Positions 38,208 through 48,622 of a DNA stretch of 64,000 nucleotides are shown piece after piece. The DNA lies in sequence record NC_054905.1. One strand, written 5' to 3'. The notes under the pieces were generated by a model, which saw only the letters and a program-made list of their open reading frames with translations, was not told the DNA's origin and did no database searches. Position numbers and translations under genes: made by a program. Origin of the DNA: Enterobacteria phage Kha5h. How positions within the stretch are numbered: the stretch's first letter is position 1; the number at the start of each line of letters is the position of its first letter.

Positions 38208-39716
38208 ATGGATATTAAAGTACATTTTCACGACTTCAGTCATGTACGCATCGATTGTGAAGAGAGCACGTTCCACGAATTAAGAGATTTCTTTTCGTTT
38301 GAAGCTGATGGGTATAGATTTAACCCTCGCTTCAGATATGGCAACTGGGATGGACGAATCCGTCTTTTAGATTATAATCGTCTTCTTCCATTCGGCTTAG
38401 TCGGGCAAATTAAAAAGTTCTGTGATAACTTTGGCTATAAAGCCTGGATTGACCCGCAAATTAACGAAAAAGAAGAATTATCAAGAAAAGATTTTGATGA
38501 ATGGCTTTCTAAATTAGAAATCTATTCAGGAAATAAAAGAATTGAACCGCACTGGTATCAAAAAGATGCAGTGTTCGAAGGATTAGTTAATCGTCGTAGA
38601 ATTCTTAATCTTCCAACATCCGCTGGTAAATCGTTAATTCAAGCTTTGCTTGCGCGATATTATTTGGAAAATTATGAAGGTAAAATTCTTATCATTGTTC
38701 CAACAACTGCTCTGACAACTCAGATGGCTGATGACTTCGTTGACTATCGTTTATTCAGTCATGCAATGATAAAGAAAATTGGTGGCGGAGCATCAAAAGA
38801 TGATAAATATAAAAATGATGCACCAGTCGTTGTTGGTACATGGCAAACTGTAGTTAAACAACCGAAAGAATGGTTCTCACAGTTTGGAATGATGATGAAT
38901 GATGAATGCCATCTTGCTACAGGAAAAAGTATTTCATCTATCATATCAGGTTTAAATAACTGCATGTTCAAATTCGGTTTGTCCGGTTCATTACGTGATG
39001 GCAAAGCTAATATCATGCAGTATGTTGGAATGTTTGGTGAAATATTTAAGCCAGTAACGACTTCTAAATTAATGGAAGATGGGCAAGTAACTGAGCTAAA
39101 AATTAATAGTATTTTTCTTCGCTATCCCGATGAGTTCACTACTAAATTAAAGGGAAAAACTTACCAAGAAGAAATAAAAATTATTACTGGGCTTAGTAAA
39201 AGAAATAAATGGATCGCTAAATTAGCTATTAAGCTTGCGCAAAAAGATGAAAACGCTTTTGTCATGTTTAAACATGTATCACATGGTAAAGCTATTTTCG
39301 ATTTAATTAAAAATGAATACGATAAAGTTTATTACGTATCAGGGGAAGTTGATACCGAAACCCGCAATATAATGAAAACCTTAGCTGAAAATGGTAAAGG
39401 AATAATTATAGTAGCGAGTTATGGTGTATTTTCTACTGGTATTTCAGTTAAAAATCTGCATCACGTTGTTTTAGCGCATGGTGTTAAATCTAAAATTATT
39501 GTATTGCAAACAATCGGTCGTGTATTACGTAAGCATGGTTCTAAGACAATAGCAACCGTTTGGGACCTCATAGATGATTGTGGCGTTAAGCCAAAATCTG
39601 CTAATACGAAAAAGAAATATGTTCATTTGAACTATCTTTTAAAACACGGCATTGATCGTATTCAGCGCTACGCAGATGAAAAATTTAATTACGTAATGAA
39701 AACAGTTAATTTATAA
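38208..39716 (+). CDS. uvsW: UvsW RNA-DNA and DNA-DNA helicase (SF2)
   Basis: 502 aa; Walker A PTSAGKS, DECH box. Confidence 0.93.
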   Translation: MDIKVHFHDFSHVRIDCEESTFHELRDFFSFEADGYRFNPRFRYGNWDGRIRLLDYNRLLPFGLVGQIKKFCDNFGYKAWIDPQINEKEELSRKDFDEWLSKLEIYSGNKRIEPHWYQKDAVFEGLVNRRRILNLPTSAGKSLIQALLARYYLENYEGKILIIVPTTALTTQMADDFVDYRLFSHAMIKKIGGGASKDDKYKNDAPVVVGTWQTVVKQPKEWFSQFGMMMNDECHLATGKSISSIISGLNNCMFKFGLSGSLRDGKANIMQYVGMFGEIFKPVTTSKLMEDGQVTELKINSIFLRYPDEFTTKLKGKTYQEEIKIITGLSKRNKWIAKLAIKLAQKDENAFVMFKHVSHGKAIFDLIKNEYDKVYYVSGEVDTETRNIMKTLAENGKGIIIVASYGVFSTGISVKNLHHVVLAHGVKSKIIVLQTIGRVLRKHGSKTIATVWDLIDDCGVKPKSANTKKKYVHLNYLLKHGIDRIQRYADEKFNYVMKTVNL

Positions 39717-39728
39717 GGGCTTCGGCCC
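39717..39728 (+). terminator. short hairpin between uvsW and uvsW.1
   Basis: GGGC-TTCG-GCCC followed by TTT and a GGAG Shine-Dalgarno. Confidence 0.35.
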
Positions 39729-39741
39729 TTTGGAGAAAAAG

Positions 39742-39972
39742 ATGTTACTAGAATTTAAACAATTTCTTTATGAAGCTTCTATTGATGAATTTATGGGTAA
39801 AATTGCCTCTTGTCAAACATTAGAAGGTTTAGAAGAACTTGAAGCTTATTATAAGAAAAGAGTCAAAGAAACTGAATTAAAAGATACTGATGACATCTCT
39901 GTGAGAGATGCTTTGGCAGGAAAAAGAGCTGAATTAGAAGATTCAGACGATGAAGTAGAAGAAAGCTTTTAA
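39742..39972 (+). CDS. uvsW.1: UvsW.1 small acidic protein
   Basis: Track ORF (TTG start) trimmed to ATG MLLEFKQF... (76 aa) with GGAG Shine-Dalgarno. Confidence 0.8.
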   Translation: MLLEFKQFLYEASIDEFMGKIASCQTLEGLEELEAYYKKRVKETELKDTDDISVRDALAGKRAELEDSDDEVEESF

Positions 39973-40027
39973 ATTAAAAAAGGCCCAACCAAAAAGGAAG
40001 GGCCAAAACTATAGACTAAAGGTCACA

Positions 40028-40195
40028 CTATAGCAAAAGTTGTGTTTCATTTAATTGTTCTTCCGAACTTTCTGAAACTGGTAGTTCTTTAATGTAATTA
40101 TAGCAAGGCCCAGGATGTACAGGACCTTTGTCTGTTTCAACAACCAATGCAGAATCGATTGGAGTTTTACAGACAACACAAATCTTATCTGACAT
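40028..40195 (-). CDS. small Cys-containing protein, 55 aa (position of T4 uvsY.-2); not in the supplied ORF track
   Basis: Hand-translated: MSDKICVVCKTPIDSALVVETDKGPVHPGPCYNYIKELPVSESSEEQLNETQLLL; GAGGAG Shine-Dalgarno; late-promoter box 26 nt upstream. Confidence 0.6.
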   Translation of the reverse strand: MSDKICVVCKTPIDSALVVETDKGPVHPGPCYNYIKELPVSESSEEQLNETQLLL

Positions 40196-40220
40196 GATTG
40201 TCTCCTCTGAATTATATATC

Positions 40221-40228
40221 TATTTATA
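40221..40228 (-). promoter_or_regulatory. late promoter box (minus strand) upstream of the 55-aa ORF
   Basis: Plus-strand TATTTATA overlapping the stop of the 74-aa ORF, 26 nt upstream of the ATG at 40195. Confidence 0.5.
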
Positions 40229-40448
40229 CAACTCTCATATGCATATCAATGCCCATATCTTTAGAATAAAAATATTCATCAAGATATCCGGCAAATTTTC
40301 CTTTAATATAAAGGACATCTTCACCACACGGGTGGTCGGCCAGGATACGAATATCCTGACGCTTAAGATTATGCTTTTTCATTAAGAATTGAATCTCAGT
40401 TTCAAATTCTTCTTCATAATTAAAAGCATCATCAATGCTATATCTCAT
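40224..40448 (-). CDS. UvsY.-1-like hypothetical protein
   Basis: 74 aa; start overlaps the uvsY stop. Confidence 0.6.
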   Translation of the reverse strand: MRYSIDDAFNYEEEFETEIQFLMKKHNLKRQDIRILADHPCGEDVLYIKGKFAGYLDEYFYSKDMGIDMHMRVV

Positions 40449-40861
40449 TATTTTCCAGCCTCAAATGCTCGCATGTCTTGAATATGCTTAATAGCAAATC
40501 CGCGTGATTTGATAGCATCAAGAGCTCCGCTACAGAAATCCAATAAAATCCCCCAATACTGTAACGAGGTATCAACCTTTAAAACATCCTTATCCGCTGA
40601 TAGAACTGTCTTCATTTCTGATTTCTCGTAACGATCCATACTAAATTCATCACCATCTCCTCGTCCCGAGTAGTAGTCTAATTTAGCTTTAAGAGCAACT
40701 TTTTTCTGTGCATCAATTCTAAGCATTTCCTTTTTAATACTTGAATGCTTATTAAGCCATTTACTATATAACATCACATTATTAGCTGCTTCATACTGTA
40801 ATTTAGTCGAATCTATAAACACATCTTTCTTCAATTCTTCTTGAAGATCTTCTAATCTCAT
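40448..40861 (-). CDS. uvsY: UvsY recombination mediator protein
   Basis: 137 aa MRLEDLQEELKKDVFIDSTKLQYEAANN... Confidence 0.93.
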   Translation of the reverse strand: MRLEDLQEELKKDVFIDSTKLQYEAANNVMLYSKWLNKHSSIKKEMLRIDAQKKVALKAKLDYYSGRGDGDEFSMDRYEKSEMKTVLSADKDVLKVDTSLQYWGILLDFCSGALDAIKSRGFAIKHIQDMRAFEAGK

Positions 40862-40901
40862 ATTGTTCTCTATTCAATTGTTATTGGATGGACTTAGATT
40901 C

Positions 40902-40927
40902 ATTATACCACGTTTATACGTGAAGCA
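40902..40927 (-). promoter_or_regulatory. candidate MotA-type middle promoter for uvsY
   Basis: Minus strand reads TGCTTCA, 13 nt, TATAAT, about 40 nt upstream of the uvsY ATG. Confidence 0.45.
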
Positions 40928-41326
40928 TTATACTCTGTTACTGGAAGCCAGTTGTAGTTTTATCTGCTCAATATCATCAGGGTTATCGATGACTGAAAAG
41001 CGTATTTCTACTATCAGAGTATAATCATCATAAACTGGTATTACATTAACTGCTAATTTATCAATACGTGGCTCGTAGTTTCTTACTGCGCTTTCAATGT
41101 TACGCTCAACAGTATCAGCAGTAAGAGGAGTCATATTCTCAAAAAGCTGATCAGATAAATCGCATCCAAACTCTGGGTCAAATGGCCTTGACCCTTTCCT
41201 GGTTGTAATAATTCCTAAAAGGCTATTTTTAATTGACCTTAATCCAAGAGATCTGGAAACGTCTTTGTCCCAATCCATTTTCATTTCTGGGTCAATGTCA
41301 GAATAAAGCTTATTAATATTTGCCAT
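40928..41326 (-). CDS. 25: gp25 baseplate wedge subunit
   Basis: 132 aa. Confidence 0.92.
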   Translation of the reverse strand: MANINKLYSDIDPEMKMDWDKDVSRSLGLRSIKNSLLGIITTRKGSRPFDPEFGCDLSDQLFENMTPLTADTVERNIESAVRNYEPRIDKLAVNVIPVYDDYTLIVEIRFSVIDNPDDIEQIKLQLASSNRV

Positions 41327-41952
41327 TACAATAGCTCAAAGAATTCTTTGAGTCCTCTTATTACATGAGCGTGAGTTTTTCCACACTCTGGACACTTAAT
41401 TGGAACAGCCAAATAAACAGTAGGCTTTAAAAGCATATCTTTTATAGCTACAATATCTGACTCTGTGATGATAGAATATAAATCTTCCAACTCTTTTTCA
41501 TTTAAGTCTTCAATTGGAATGCTTTCACCGTTAGCATGAATTGTTTCTATACATGATACTATCATGTGGGCTATGTTTTTATCATCAAAAATTTTAGGGT
41601 AATGGAACTTAATTTTAATGTCGCCCAGTGTATACCAGAGGTCTTCTGGTGCATCTATTTGTGTATGTAATAGATTTATATGGGTTGGTATTTCAGTTCC
41701 ACAGGTGCACTTCCAGGAGTTTTCGTGATTAACTTCTCCAAGAGAATGCGCCCATAAATGAATCAGCAGTAGTTCTGATTCTTGGCGGTTTAAATCTTTT
41801 GCATTTGTGCATTCTTTGATTAGCTTTTTAACGATCTCTTCTACTGAACCGTTCTTTTTAGCAGTAATAAGTTCTAGATATTCTTTAAGAGTAAATGCGC
41901 GACAGTTGATTATTTTAGAACCAACTCTCACATCAAATTTGTATTCATACAT
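41326..41952 (-). CDS. 26: gp26 baseplate hub subunit
   Basis: 208 aa; AAGGAG Shine-Dalgarno; late promoter upstream. Confidence 0.9.
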   Translation of the reverse strand: MYEYKFDVRVGSKIINCRAFTLKEYLELITAKKNGSVEEIVKKLIKECTNAKDLNRQESELLLIHLWAHSLGEVNHENSWKCTCGTEIPTHINLLHTQIDAPEDLWYTLGDIKIKFHYPKIFDDKNIAHMIVSCIETIHANGESIPIEDLNEKELEDLYSIITESDIVAIKDMLLKPTVYLAVPIKCPECGKTHAHVIRGLKEFFELL

Positions 41953-41973
41953 ATTTAGCTCCTTTATTTATCA

Positions 41974-41985
41974 TATTTATAAATA
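41974..41985. promoter_or_regulatory. palindromic divergent late promoter TATTTATAAATA for genes 26 (minus) and 51 (plus)
   Basis: 12-nt perfect palindrome carrying TATAAATA on both strands, flanked symmetrically by AAGGAG Shine-Dalgarno sites. Confidence 0.6.
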
Positions 41986-42002
41986 GAATAAAAGGAGCAT
42001 CT

Positions 42003-42752
42003 ATGGCAAACATTATTCGTTGTAAATTACCAGATGGTGTTCATCGTTTTAAACCATTTACGGTAGAAGATTATCGAGATTTTTTGTTAGTTCGAAACGA
42101 TATAGAACATCGGTCACCACAAGAACAAAAAGAAATAATTGCTGATTTAATTGCCGATTATTTTGGAGACTATCCGAAGACTTGGCAACCATTTATATTT
42201 TTGCAGGTATTTGTAGGGTCAATAGGTAAAACTAAAGTACCGGTCACATTTGTATGTCCAAAATGTAAAAAAGAAAAGACAGTTCCATTTGAAATATATC
42301 AAAAAGAATTAAAGGAACCTGTTTTTGATGTAGCTAATGTTAAAATTAAATTAAAGTTTCCTTCTGAGTTTTATGAAAACAAAGCAAAGATGATTACTGA
42401 AAATATTCATTCCGTTCAAGTAGATGAAATGTGGTATGATTGGAATGAAATTAGCGAATCAAGTCAAATAGAACTTGTTGATGCCATCGAGATAGAAACA
42501 TTAGAAAAAATTCTCGATGCAATGAATCCTATTAATTTAACATTGCATATGTCATGCTGTAATAAGTATGTAAAAAAATACACTGATATAGTAGATGTGT
42601 TTAAGCTATTAGTTAACCCAGATGAAATATTTACTTTTTATCAAATCAATCACACGCTTGTAAAAAGTAATTATAGCTTAAATTCAATAATGAAAATGAT
42701 TCCTGCTGAGCGCGGATTCGTATTAAAACTGATTGAGAAGGATAAACAATAA
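42003..42752 (+). CDS. 51: gp51 baseplate hub assembly catalyst
   Basis: 249 aa; AAGGAG Shine-Dalgarno; late promoter upstream. Confidence 0.9.
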   Translation: MANIIRCKLPDGVHRFKPFTVEDYRDFLLVRNDIEHRSPQEQKEIIADLIADYFGDYPKTWQPFIFLQVFVGSIGKTKVPVTFVCPKCKKEKTVPFEIYQKELKEPVFDVANVKIKLKFPSEFYENKAKMITENIHSVQVDEMWYDWNEISESSQIELVDAIEIETLEKILDAMNPINLTLHMSCCNKYVKKYTDIVDVFKLLVNPDEIFTFYQINHTLVKSNYSLNSIMKMIPAERGFVLKLIEKDKQ

Positions 42753-43927
42753 TGAGTATGCTGCAACGCCCTGGATATCCAAATCTCAGCGTTAAATTAT
42801 TTGATAGCTACGACGCTTGGAGTAATAATAGATTTGTTGAATTAGCTGCTACTATTACCACATTAACTATGCGGGATTCTCTTTATGGCCGAAATGAAGG
42901 AATGCTGCAGTTTTATGATTCTAAAAATATCCATACAAAAATGGATGGAAATGAAATAATTCAGATTTCTGTAGCTAATGCAAATGATATTAATAATGTT
43001 AAAACACGAATTTATGGATGTAAGCATTTTTCAGTGTCAGTAGATTCAAAGGGTGATAACATCATTGCTATTGAATTGGGAACTATTCATTCTATAGAAA
43101 ATCTTAAATTTGGCAGACCGTTTTTCTCTGATGCAGGTGAATCTATAAAAGAAATGCTTGGTGTCATTTATCAGGATCGCACGTTATTAACTCCAGCAAT
43201 AAATGCTATAAATGCTTATGTTCCTGATATTCCATGGACTAGCACATTTGAAAACTATTTGTCGTATGTCAGGGAAGTTGCTCTAGCTGTAGGAAGTGAC
43301 AAATTTGTATTTGTGTGGCAAGACATCATGGGAGTTAACATGATGGACTATGATATGATGATAAATCAAGAACCGTATCCAATGATTGTCGGTGAGCCAT
43401 CTTTAATAGGTCAATTCATCCAAGAATTAAAATATCCATTAGCATATGATTTCGTTTGGTTGACTAAATCGAATCCTCATAAACGTGACCCAATGAAAAA
43501 CGCTACTATCTATGCGCATTCATTTTTGGATTCTTCATTGCCAATGATTACTACAGGAAAGGGAGAAAACTCTATTGTAGTGTCAAGGTCAGGTGCTTAT
43601 TCTGAAATGACTTATAGGAATGGATATGAAGAAGCTATTCGTCTTCAAACTATGGCACAATACGATGGTTATGCTAAATGTTCTACTGTCGGTAATTTTA
43701 ACTTGACTCCTGGCGTTAAAATTATTTTTAATGATAGTAAAAACCAATTTAAAACAGAATTTTACGTTGATGAAGTTATCCACGAATTATCCAATAATAA
43801 TTCAGTAACTCATCTATATATGTTCACTAATGCAACGAAACTGGAAACAATAGACCCAGTTAAGGTTAAAAATGAATTTAAATCTGATACTACCACTGAA
43901 GAAAGTAGTTCTTCCAATAAGCAATAA
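42752..43927 (+). CDS. 27: gp27 baseplate hub subunit
   Basis: 391 aa. Confidence 0.93.
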   Translation: MSMLQRPGYPNLSVKLFDSYDAWSNNRFVELAATITTLTMRDSLYGRNEGMLQFYDSKNIHTKMDGNEIIQISVANANDINNVKTRIYGCKHFSVSVDSKGDNIIAIELGTIHSIENLKFGRPFFSDAGESIKEMLGVIYQDRTLLTPAINAINAYVPDIPWTSTFENYLSYVREVALAVGSDKFVFVWQDIMGVNMMDYDMMINQEPYPMIVGEPSLIGQFIQELKYPLAYDFVWLTKSNPHKRDPMKNATIYAHSFLDSSLPMITTGKGENSIVVSRSGAYSEMTYRNGYEEAIRLQTMAQYDGYAKCSTVGNFNLTPGVKIIFNDSKNQFKTEFYVDEVIHELSNNNSVTHLYMFTNATKLETIDPVKVKNEFKSDTTTEESSSSNKQ

Positions 43928-44405
43928 AGAAGTTTCTATTCCTAAAATGGGTCTTAAACATTATAACATTTTAAAAGATGTTAAAGGTCCTGATGAAAAT
44001 TTAAAACTTCTTATTGATTCTATTTGTCCGAATTTATCACCAGCAGAAGTTGATTTCGTTTCCATTCATTTATTGGAATTTAATGGAAAGATTAAATCTC
44101 GTAAAGAAATAGATGGTTATACTTATGACATTAATGATGTTTATGTATGCCAAAGATTGGAATTTCAATACCAAGGAAATACATTTTATTTTAGACCGCC
44201 TGGAAAATTTGAACAATTTTTAACTGTGAGCGATATGTTATCCAAATGCTTGCTTAAGGTCAATGATGAAGTTAAAGAAATTAATTTTCTTGAGATGCCA
44301 GCATTCGTTTTAAAATGGGCAAATGATATTTTTACAACTTTAGCAATTCCTGGCCCTAATGGTCCAATAACTGGAATTGGTAATATTATTGGATTATTTG
44401 AATGA
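43872..44405 (+). CDS. 28: gp28 baseplate hub distal subunit
   Basis: 177 aa; 56-nt overlap with gene 27. Confidence 0.88.
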   Translation: MNLNLILPLKKVVLPISNKEVSIPKMGLKHYNILKDVKGPDENLKLLIDSICPNLSPAEVDFVSIHLLEFNGKIKSRKEIDGYTYDINDVYVCQRLEFQYQGNTFYFRPPGKFEQFLTVSDMLSKCLLKVNDEVKEINFLEMPAFVLKWANDIFTTLAIPGPNGPITGIGNIIGLFE

Positions 44406-46174
44406 AAAAGCCACAAGAAATGCAAACGATGCGTAGAAAAGTTATTTCAGATAATAAACCAACACAGGAAGCGGCTAAATCCGCTTCTAACACTTTATCT
44501 GGACTTAACGATATATCTACGAAATTGGATGATGCTCAAGCTGCTTCTGAATTAATTGCTCAAACTGTTGAAGAAAAATCGAATGAAATAATTGGAGCAA
44601 TTGACAATGTAGAAAGCGCAGTGAGTGATACTACTGCTGGTTCTGAGTTAATTGCTGAAACTGTCGAAATTGGCAATAATATTAATAAAGAAATCGGTGA
44701 ATCGCTCGGGAGCAAATTAGATAAATTAACAAGTTTACTGGAGCAAAAAATTCAGACAGCTGGAATTCAACAAACAGGAACTAGTTTAGCCACGGTTGAA
44801 AGCGCTATTCCTGTTAAAGTTGTTGAGGACGATACAGCTGAATCTGTGGGTCCTTTATTACCGGCTCCTGAAGCAGTTAATAATGATCCTGATGCTGATT
44901 TTTTCCCTACCCCTCAGCCAGTTGAACCTAAACAAGAATCGCCAGAAGAAAAACAGAAAAAAGACGCATTTAACTTAAAATTATCTCAAGCTTTAGATAA
45001 ATTAACAAAGACTGTTGATTTCGGATTTAAGAAATCTATTTCAATTACTGATAAAATATCAAGCATGCTATTTAAGTATACCGTCAGTGCTGCTATTGAA
45101 GCTGCTAAAATGACTGCAATGATATTGGCTGTTGTTGTTGGAATAGATCTGCTGATGGTTCACTTTAAATATTGGTCAGATAAATTTTCACAGGCATGGG
45201 ATTTATTTAGTACAGACTTTACTAAATTCTCTAGTGAAACAGGAACATGGGGTCCTTTATTACAGAGCATCTTTAGTTCTATTGATGAAATTAAAAAATT
45301 CTGGGAAGAGGGAGATTGGGGCGGTTTGACGGTAGCTATTGTAGAAGGGCTTGGAAAGGTTCTTTATAATTTAGGAGAACTTATTCAGCTTGGAATGGCT
45401 AAATTATCTGCTGCAATTCTTCGAGTCATTCCTGGCATGAAGGATACCGCTGATGAAGTAGAAGGAAGAGCACTAGAAAATTTCCAAAATTCTACTGGAG
45501 CATCTCTCAATAAAGAAGACCAGGAAAAAGTTGCAAATTATCAAGATAAACGAATGAACGGAGACCTTGGTCCGATAGCAAAAGGATTAGATAAAATTGC
45601 TAATTGGAAAACTCGTGCATCTAACTGGATTCGTGGCGTTGATAATAAAGAAGCACTAACTACCGACGAAGAACGCGCAGCAGAAGAAGAAAAATTAAAG
45701 CAACTTTCACCTGAAGAAAGAAAAAATGCTTTAATGAAGGCTAATGAAGCCCGTGCCGCGATGATTCGTTTTGAAAAATATGCTGATTCAGCTGATATGA
45801 GTAAAGACTCAACGGTTAAATCAGTTGAAGCTGCCTATGAAGACCTTAAAAAACGGATGGATGACCCGGATTTAAATAATTCACCGGCAGTTAAAAAAGA
45901 ACTTGCTGCTAGATTTTCTAAAATTGATGCTACTTATCAAGAGCTCAAGAAAAATCAGCCTAATGCCAAACCTGAAACTTCTGCTAAATCGCCAGAAGCA
46001 AAACAAGTCCAGGTAATAGAAAAGAACAAAGCACAGCAAGCTCCTGTTCAACAAGCATCTCCTTCGATCAATAATACTAATAATGTTATTAAGAAAAATA
46101 CTGTCGTTCATAATATGACACCCGTAACGAGCACGACTGCTCCTGGTGTATTTGATGCGACTGGAGTTAATTAA
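44402..46174 (+). CDS. 29: gp29 baseplate hub / tail length determinator (tape measure)
   Basis: 590 aa. Confidence 0.93.
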   Translation: MKKPQEMQTMRRKVISDNKPTQEAAKSASNTLSGLNDISTKLDDAQAASELIAQTVEEKSNEIIGAIDNVESAVSDTTAGSELIAETVEIGNNINKEIGESLGSKLDKLTSLLEQKIQTAGIQQTGTSLATVESAIPVKVVEDDTAESVGPLLPAPEAVNNDPDADFFPTPQPVEPKQESPEEKQKKDAFNLKLSQALDKLTKTVDFGFKKSISITDKISSMLFKYTVSAAIEAAKMTAMILAVVVGIDLLMVHFKYWSDKFSQAWDLFSTDFTKFSSETGTWGPLLQSIFSSIDEIKKFWEEGDWGGLTVAIVEGLGKVLYNLGELIQLGMAKLSAAILRVIPGMKDTADEVEGRALENFQNSTGASLNKEDQEKVANYQDKRMNGDLGPIAKGLDKIANWKTRASNWIRGVDNKEALTTDEERAAEEEKLKQLSPEERKNALMKANEARAAMIRFEKYADSADMSKDSTVKSVEAAYEDLKKRMDDPDLNNSPAVKKELAARFSKIDATYQELKKNQPNAKPETSAKSPEAKQVQVIEKNKAQQAPVQQASPSINNTNNVIKKNTVVHNMTPVTSTTAPGVFDATGVN

Positions 46175-46182
46175 GGAATAAT

Positions 46183-47277
46183 ATGGCAATTGTTAAAGAA
46201 ATAACTGCTGATTTAATTAAAAAGTCCGGTGAGAAAATTTCAGCCGGACAGAGTACTAAATCAGAAGTAGCAACTAAAACATACACTGCCCAGTTTCCAA
46301 CTGGGCGTGCTAGTGGTAATGACACTACAGGGGACTTCCAGGTAACAGATCTATATAAGAATGGATTATTATTTACTGCATACAATATGTCATCTAGGGA
46401 TTCTGGAAGTCTTAGATCGATGAGATCTAACTACTCTTCTTCATCTTCGAGTATTTTAAGTACAGCTAGAAACACTATTAGTAGTACAGTATCAAAACTA
46501 TCAAATGGATTAATATCAAACAATAATTCAGGAACAATAAGTAAAGCTCCTGTCGCAAACATTCTTTTACCGAGATCTAAATCTGACGTTGATACATCAT
46601 CACATAGATTTAATGATGTTCAAGAAAGTCTTATCAGCAGAGGCGGAGGTACTGCTACTGGTGTGTTAAGTAATATTGCTTCAACTGCAGTATTTGGGGC
46701 ACTGGAAAGTATAACACAAGGTATAATGGCTGATAATAATGAACAGATTTATACGACAGCCAGAAGTATGTATGGTGGTGCTGAGAATAGAACTAAAGTG
46801 TTTACATGGGATTTGACTCCACGTTCAACAGAAGATTTGATGGCTATTATCAATATCTATCAATATTTTAACTATTTTTCTTATGGTGAAACGGGCAAAT
46901 CTCAATATGCTGCTGAAATAAAGGGGTATTTGGATGATTGGTATCGTTCTACGTTAATTGAACCTTTATCTCCGGAAGACGCAGCTAAAAATAAAACACT
47001 ATTTGAGAAAATGACATCGAGCTTAACTAACGTTCTAGTAGTTTCAAACCCGACAATTTGGATGGTGAAAAACTTTGGTGCAACATCTAAGTTTGATGGA
47101 AAAACGGAAATATTTGGTCCATGTCAAATACAGAGCATTAGATTTGATAAAACACCTAATGGTAACTTTAACGGATTAGCTATTGCTCCAAACCTCCCTA
47201 GTACATTTACTCTCGAGATTACTATGAGAGAAATTATCACGTTAAACCGTGCTTCTTTATATGCGGGGACTTTTTAA
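46183..47277 (+). CDS. 48: gp48 baseplate tail tube cap
   Basis: 364 aa. Confidence 0.93.
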   Translation: MAIVKEITADLIKKSGEKISAGQSTKSEVATKTYTAQFPTGRASGNDTTGDFQVTDLYKNGLLFTAYNMSSRDSGSLRSMRSNYSSSSSSILSTARNTISSTVSKLSNGLISNNNSGTISKAPVANILLPRSKSDVDTSSHRFNDVQESLISRGGGTATGVLSNIASTAVFGALESITQGIMADNNEQIYTTARSMYGGAENRTKVFTWDLTPRSTEDLMAIINIYQYFNYFSYGETGKSQYAAEIKGYLDDWYRSTLIEPLSPEDAAKNKTLFEKMTSSLTNVLVVSNPTIWMVKNFGATSKFDGKTEIFGPCQIQSIRFDKTPNGNFNGLAIAPNLPSTFTLEITMREIITLNRASLYAGTF

Positions 47278-48242
47278 TGTATTCTTTAGAGGAATTTAAT
47301 AATCAAGCAATAAACGCAGATTTCCAACGTAATAATATGTTTAGCTGCGTTTTTGCAACAACTCCATCAACTAAAAGCTCTTCGTTGATAAGTTCAATTA
47401 GCAACTTTTCTTATAATAACTTGGGCCTAAATTCAGATTGGTTAGGATTAACTCAAGGTGATATTAATCAGGGAATTACTACGCTAATTACAGCTGGCAC
47501 ACAAAAACTGATAAGAAAATCAGGGGTTAGTAAATATCTTATTGGTGCCATGAGTCAACGTACAGTTCAAAGTTTATTAGGCTCATTTACAGTTGGTACA
47601 TATTTAATTGACTTCTTTAACATGGCATATAACTCATCTGGATTGATGATATATTCTGTAAAAATGCCAGAGAATAGATTATCCTATGAAACTGACTGGA
47701 ACTATAATTCTCCTAATATTCGTATAACTGGGAGAGAATTAGACCCTTTGGTTATTTCATTTAGAATGGATTCAGAAGCTTGTAACTATCGTGCAATGCA
47801 AGACTGGGTTAACTCCGTTCAAGACCCAGTAACTGGATTACGTGCTTTGCCACAAGATGTCGAGGCAGATATTCAGGTTAATCTTCATTCTCGCAATGGA
47901 TTACCTCATACTGCGGTGATGTTCACTGGATGCATTCCAGTGTCAGTGAGCGCTCCTGAGTTATCATATGATGGAGATAACCAAATAACTACATTTGATG
48001 TTACTTTTGCGTATAGAGTCATGCAGGCTGGAGCGGTTGATAGACAAGCTGCGCTTGAATGGCTTGAATCTGCTGCTATAAATGGTATTCAAAGCGTTCT
48101 CGGAAATAGTGGAGGTGTTACTGGACTATCTAATTCGCTTTCACGACTTAGTAGATTAGGGGGAACTGCTGGAAGCATTTCAAACATTAATACTATGACG
48201 GGAATTGTCAATTCGCAAAGTAAAATATTAGGAGCAATATAA
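47277..48242 (+). CDS. 54: gp54 baseplate tail tube initiator
   Basis: 321 aa; terminator hairpin downstream. Confidence 0.93.
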   Translation: MYSLEEFNNQAINADFQRNNMFSCVFATTPSTKSSSLISSISNFSYNNLGLNSDWLGLTQGDINQGITTLITAGTQKLIRKSGVSKYLIGAMSQRTVQSLLGSFTVGTYLIDFFNMAYNSSGLMIYSVKMPENRLSYETDWNYNSPNIRITGRELDPLVISFRMDSEACNYRAMQDWVNSVQDPVTGLRALPQDVEADIQVNLHSRNGLPHTAVMFTGCIPVSVSAPELSYDGDNQITTFDVTFAYRVMQAGAVDRQAALEWLESAAINGIQSVLGNSGGVTGLSNSLSRLSRLGGTAGSISNINTMTGIVNSQSKILGAI

Positions 48243-48246
48243 CAAT

Positions 48247-48264
48247 GGGGACCTTTTGGTCCCC
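48247..48264. terminator. terminator between gene 54 (plus) and the convergent minus-strand block
   Basis: GGGGACC-TTTT-GGTCCCC followed by ATATTTTTATTT. Confidence 0.65.
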
Positions 48265-48270
48265 ATATTT

Positions 48271-48561
48271 TTATTTACGGAATGAAATAAAAGCAGCAAC
48301 TGAAGCAACTAAACTGTCTTCAATATAAACTTCAATTTTTACCGGAGCTTCTGACTCAAATTTACCTGTTACTACACCTTGGAAAATGCTTTCAGTCTGT
48401 TCTGGCTTTGAAAAATTTTCAGAAGGAAAAATTCCGAACTTTTTATCTGTTCCAAAAATTTTGATAAATTCATCATAAACTGCTTCATTAAAAGCGTTAT
48501 CAGCAGGAATAACGCCTTCAACTACAAGTTCTTGACCTAAAAAGCGTAAAGAAGATTTCAT
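48271..48561 (-). CDS. hypothetical protein (position of T4 alt.-3)
   Basis: 96 aa; early-promoter-like repeat cassette directly upstream. Confidence 0.55.
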   Translation of the reverse strand: MKSSLRFLGQELVVEGVIPADNAFNEAVYDEFIKIFGTDKKFGIFPSENFSKPEQTESIFQGVVTGKFESEAPVKIEVYIEDSLVASVAAFISFRK

Positions 48562-48568
48562 TTTGTGT

Positions 48569-48622
48569 TCCTCATGTTATGTCAGTAAGATTACTATAAC
48601 ACAACACGAGGGACTTGTAAAC
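48569..48622 (-). repeat. 54-bp repeat copy A (promoter-leader-RBS cassette)
   Basis: 53 of 54 nt identical to 63869-63922; ends 8 nt upstream of the 96-aa ORF ATG. Confidence 0.75.
48593..48621 (-). promoter_or_regulatory. early-promoter-like element within repeat copy A
   Basis: Minus strand GTTTACA then 17 nt then TATAGT, followed by a conserved leader and GAGG. Confidence 0.45.

Noticed and set aside
40128-40385. 85-aa plus-strand ORF in the uvsY.-1 region
   Set aside because: Overlaps two well-supported minus-strand genes (the 55-aa and 74-aa ORFs) and has no Shine-Dalgarno; the real gene here is on the minus strand.
45881-46189. 102-aa minus-strand ORF across the gene 29 end
   Set aside because: Antisense to the tape-measure gene and gene 48 start; Arg/Leu-rich artefact.
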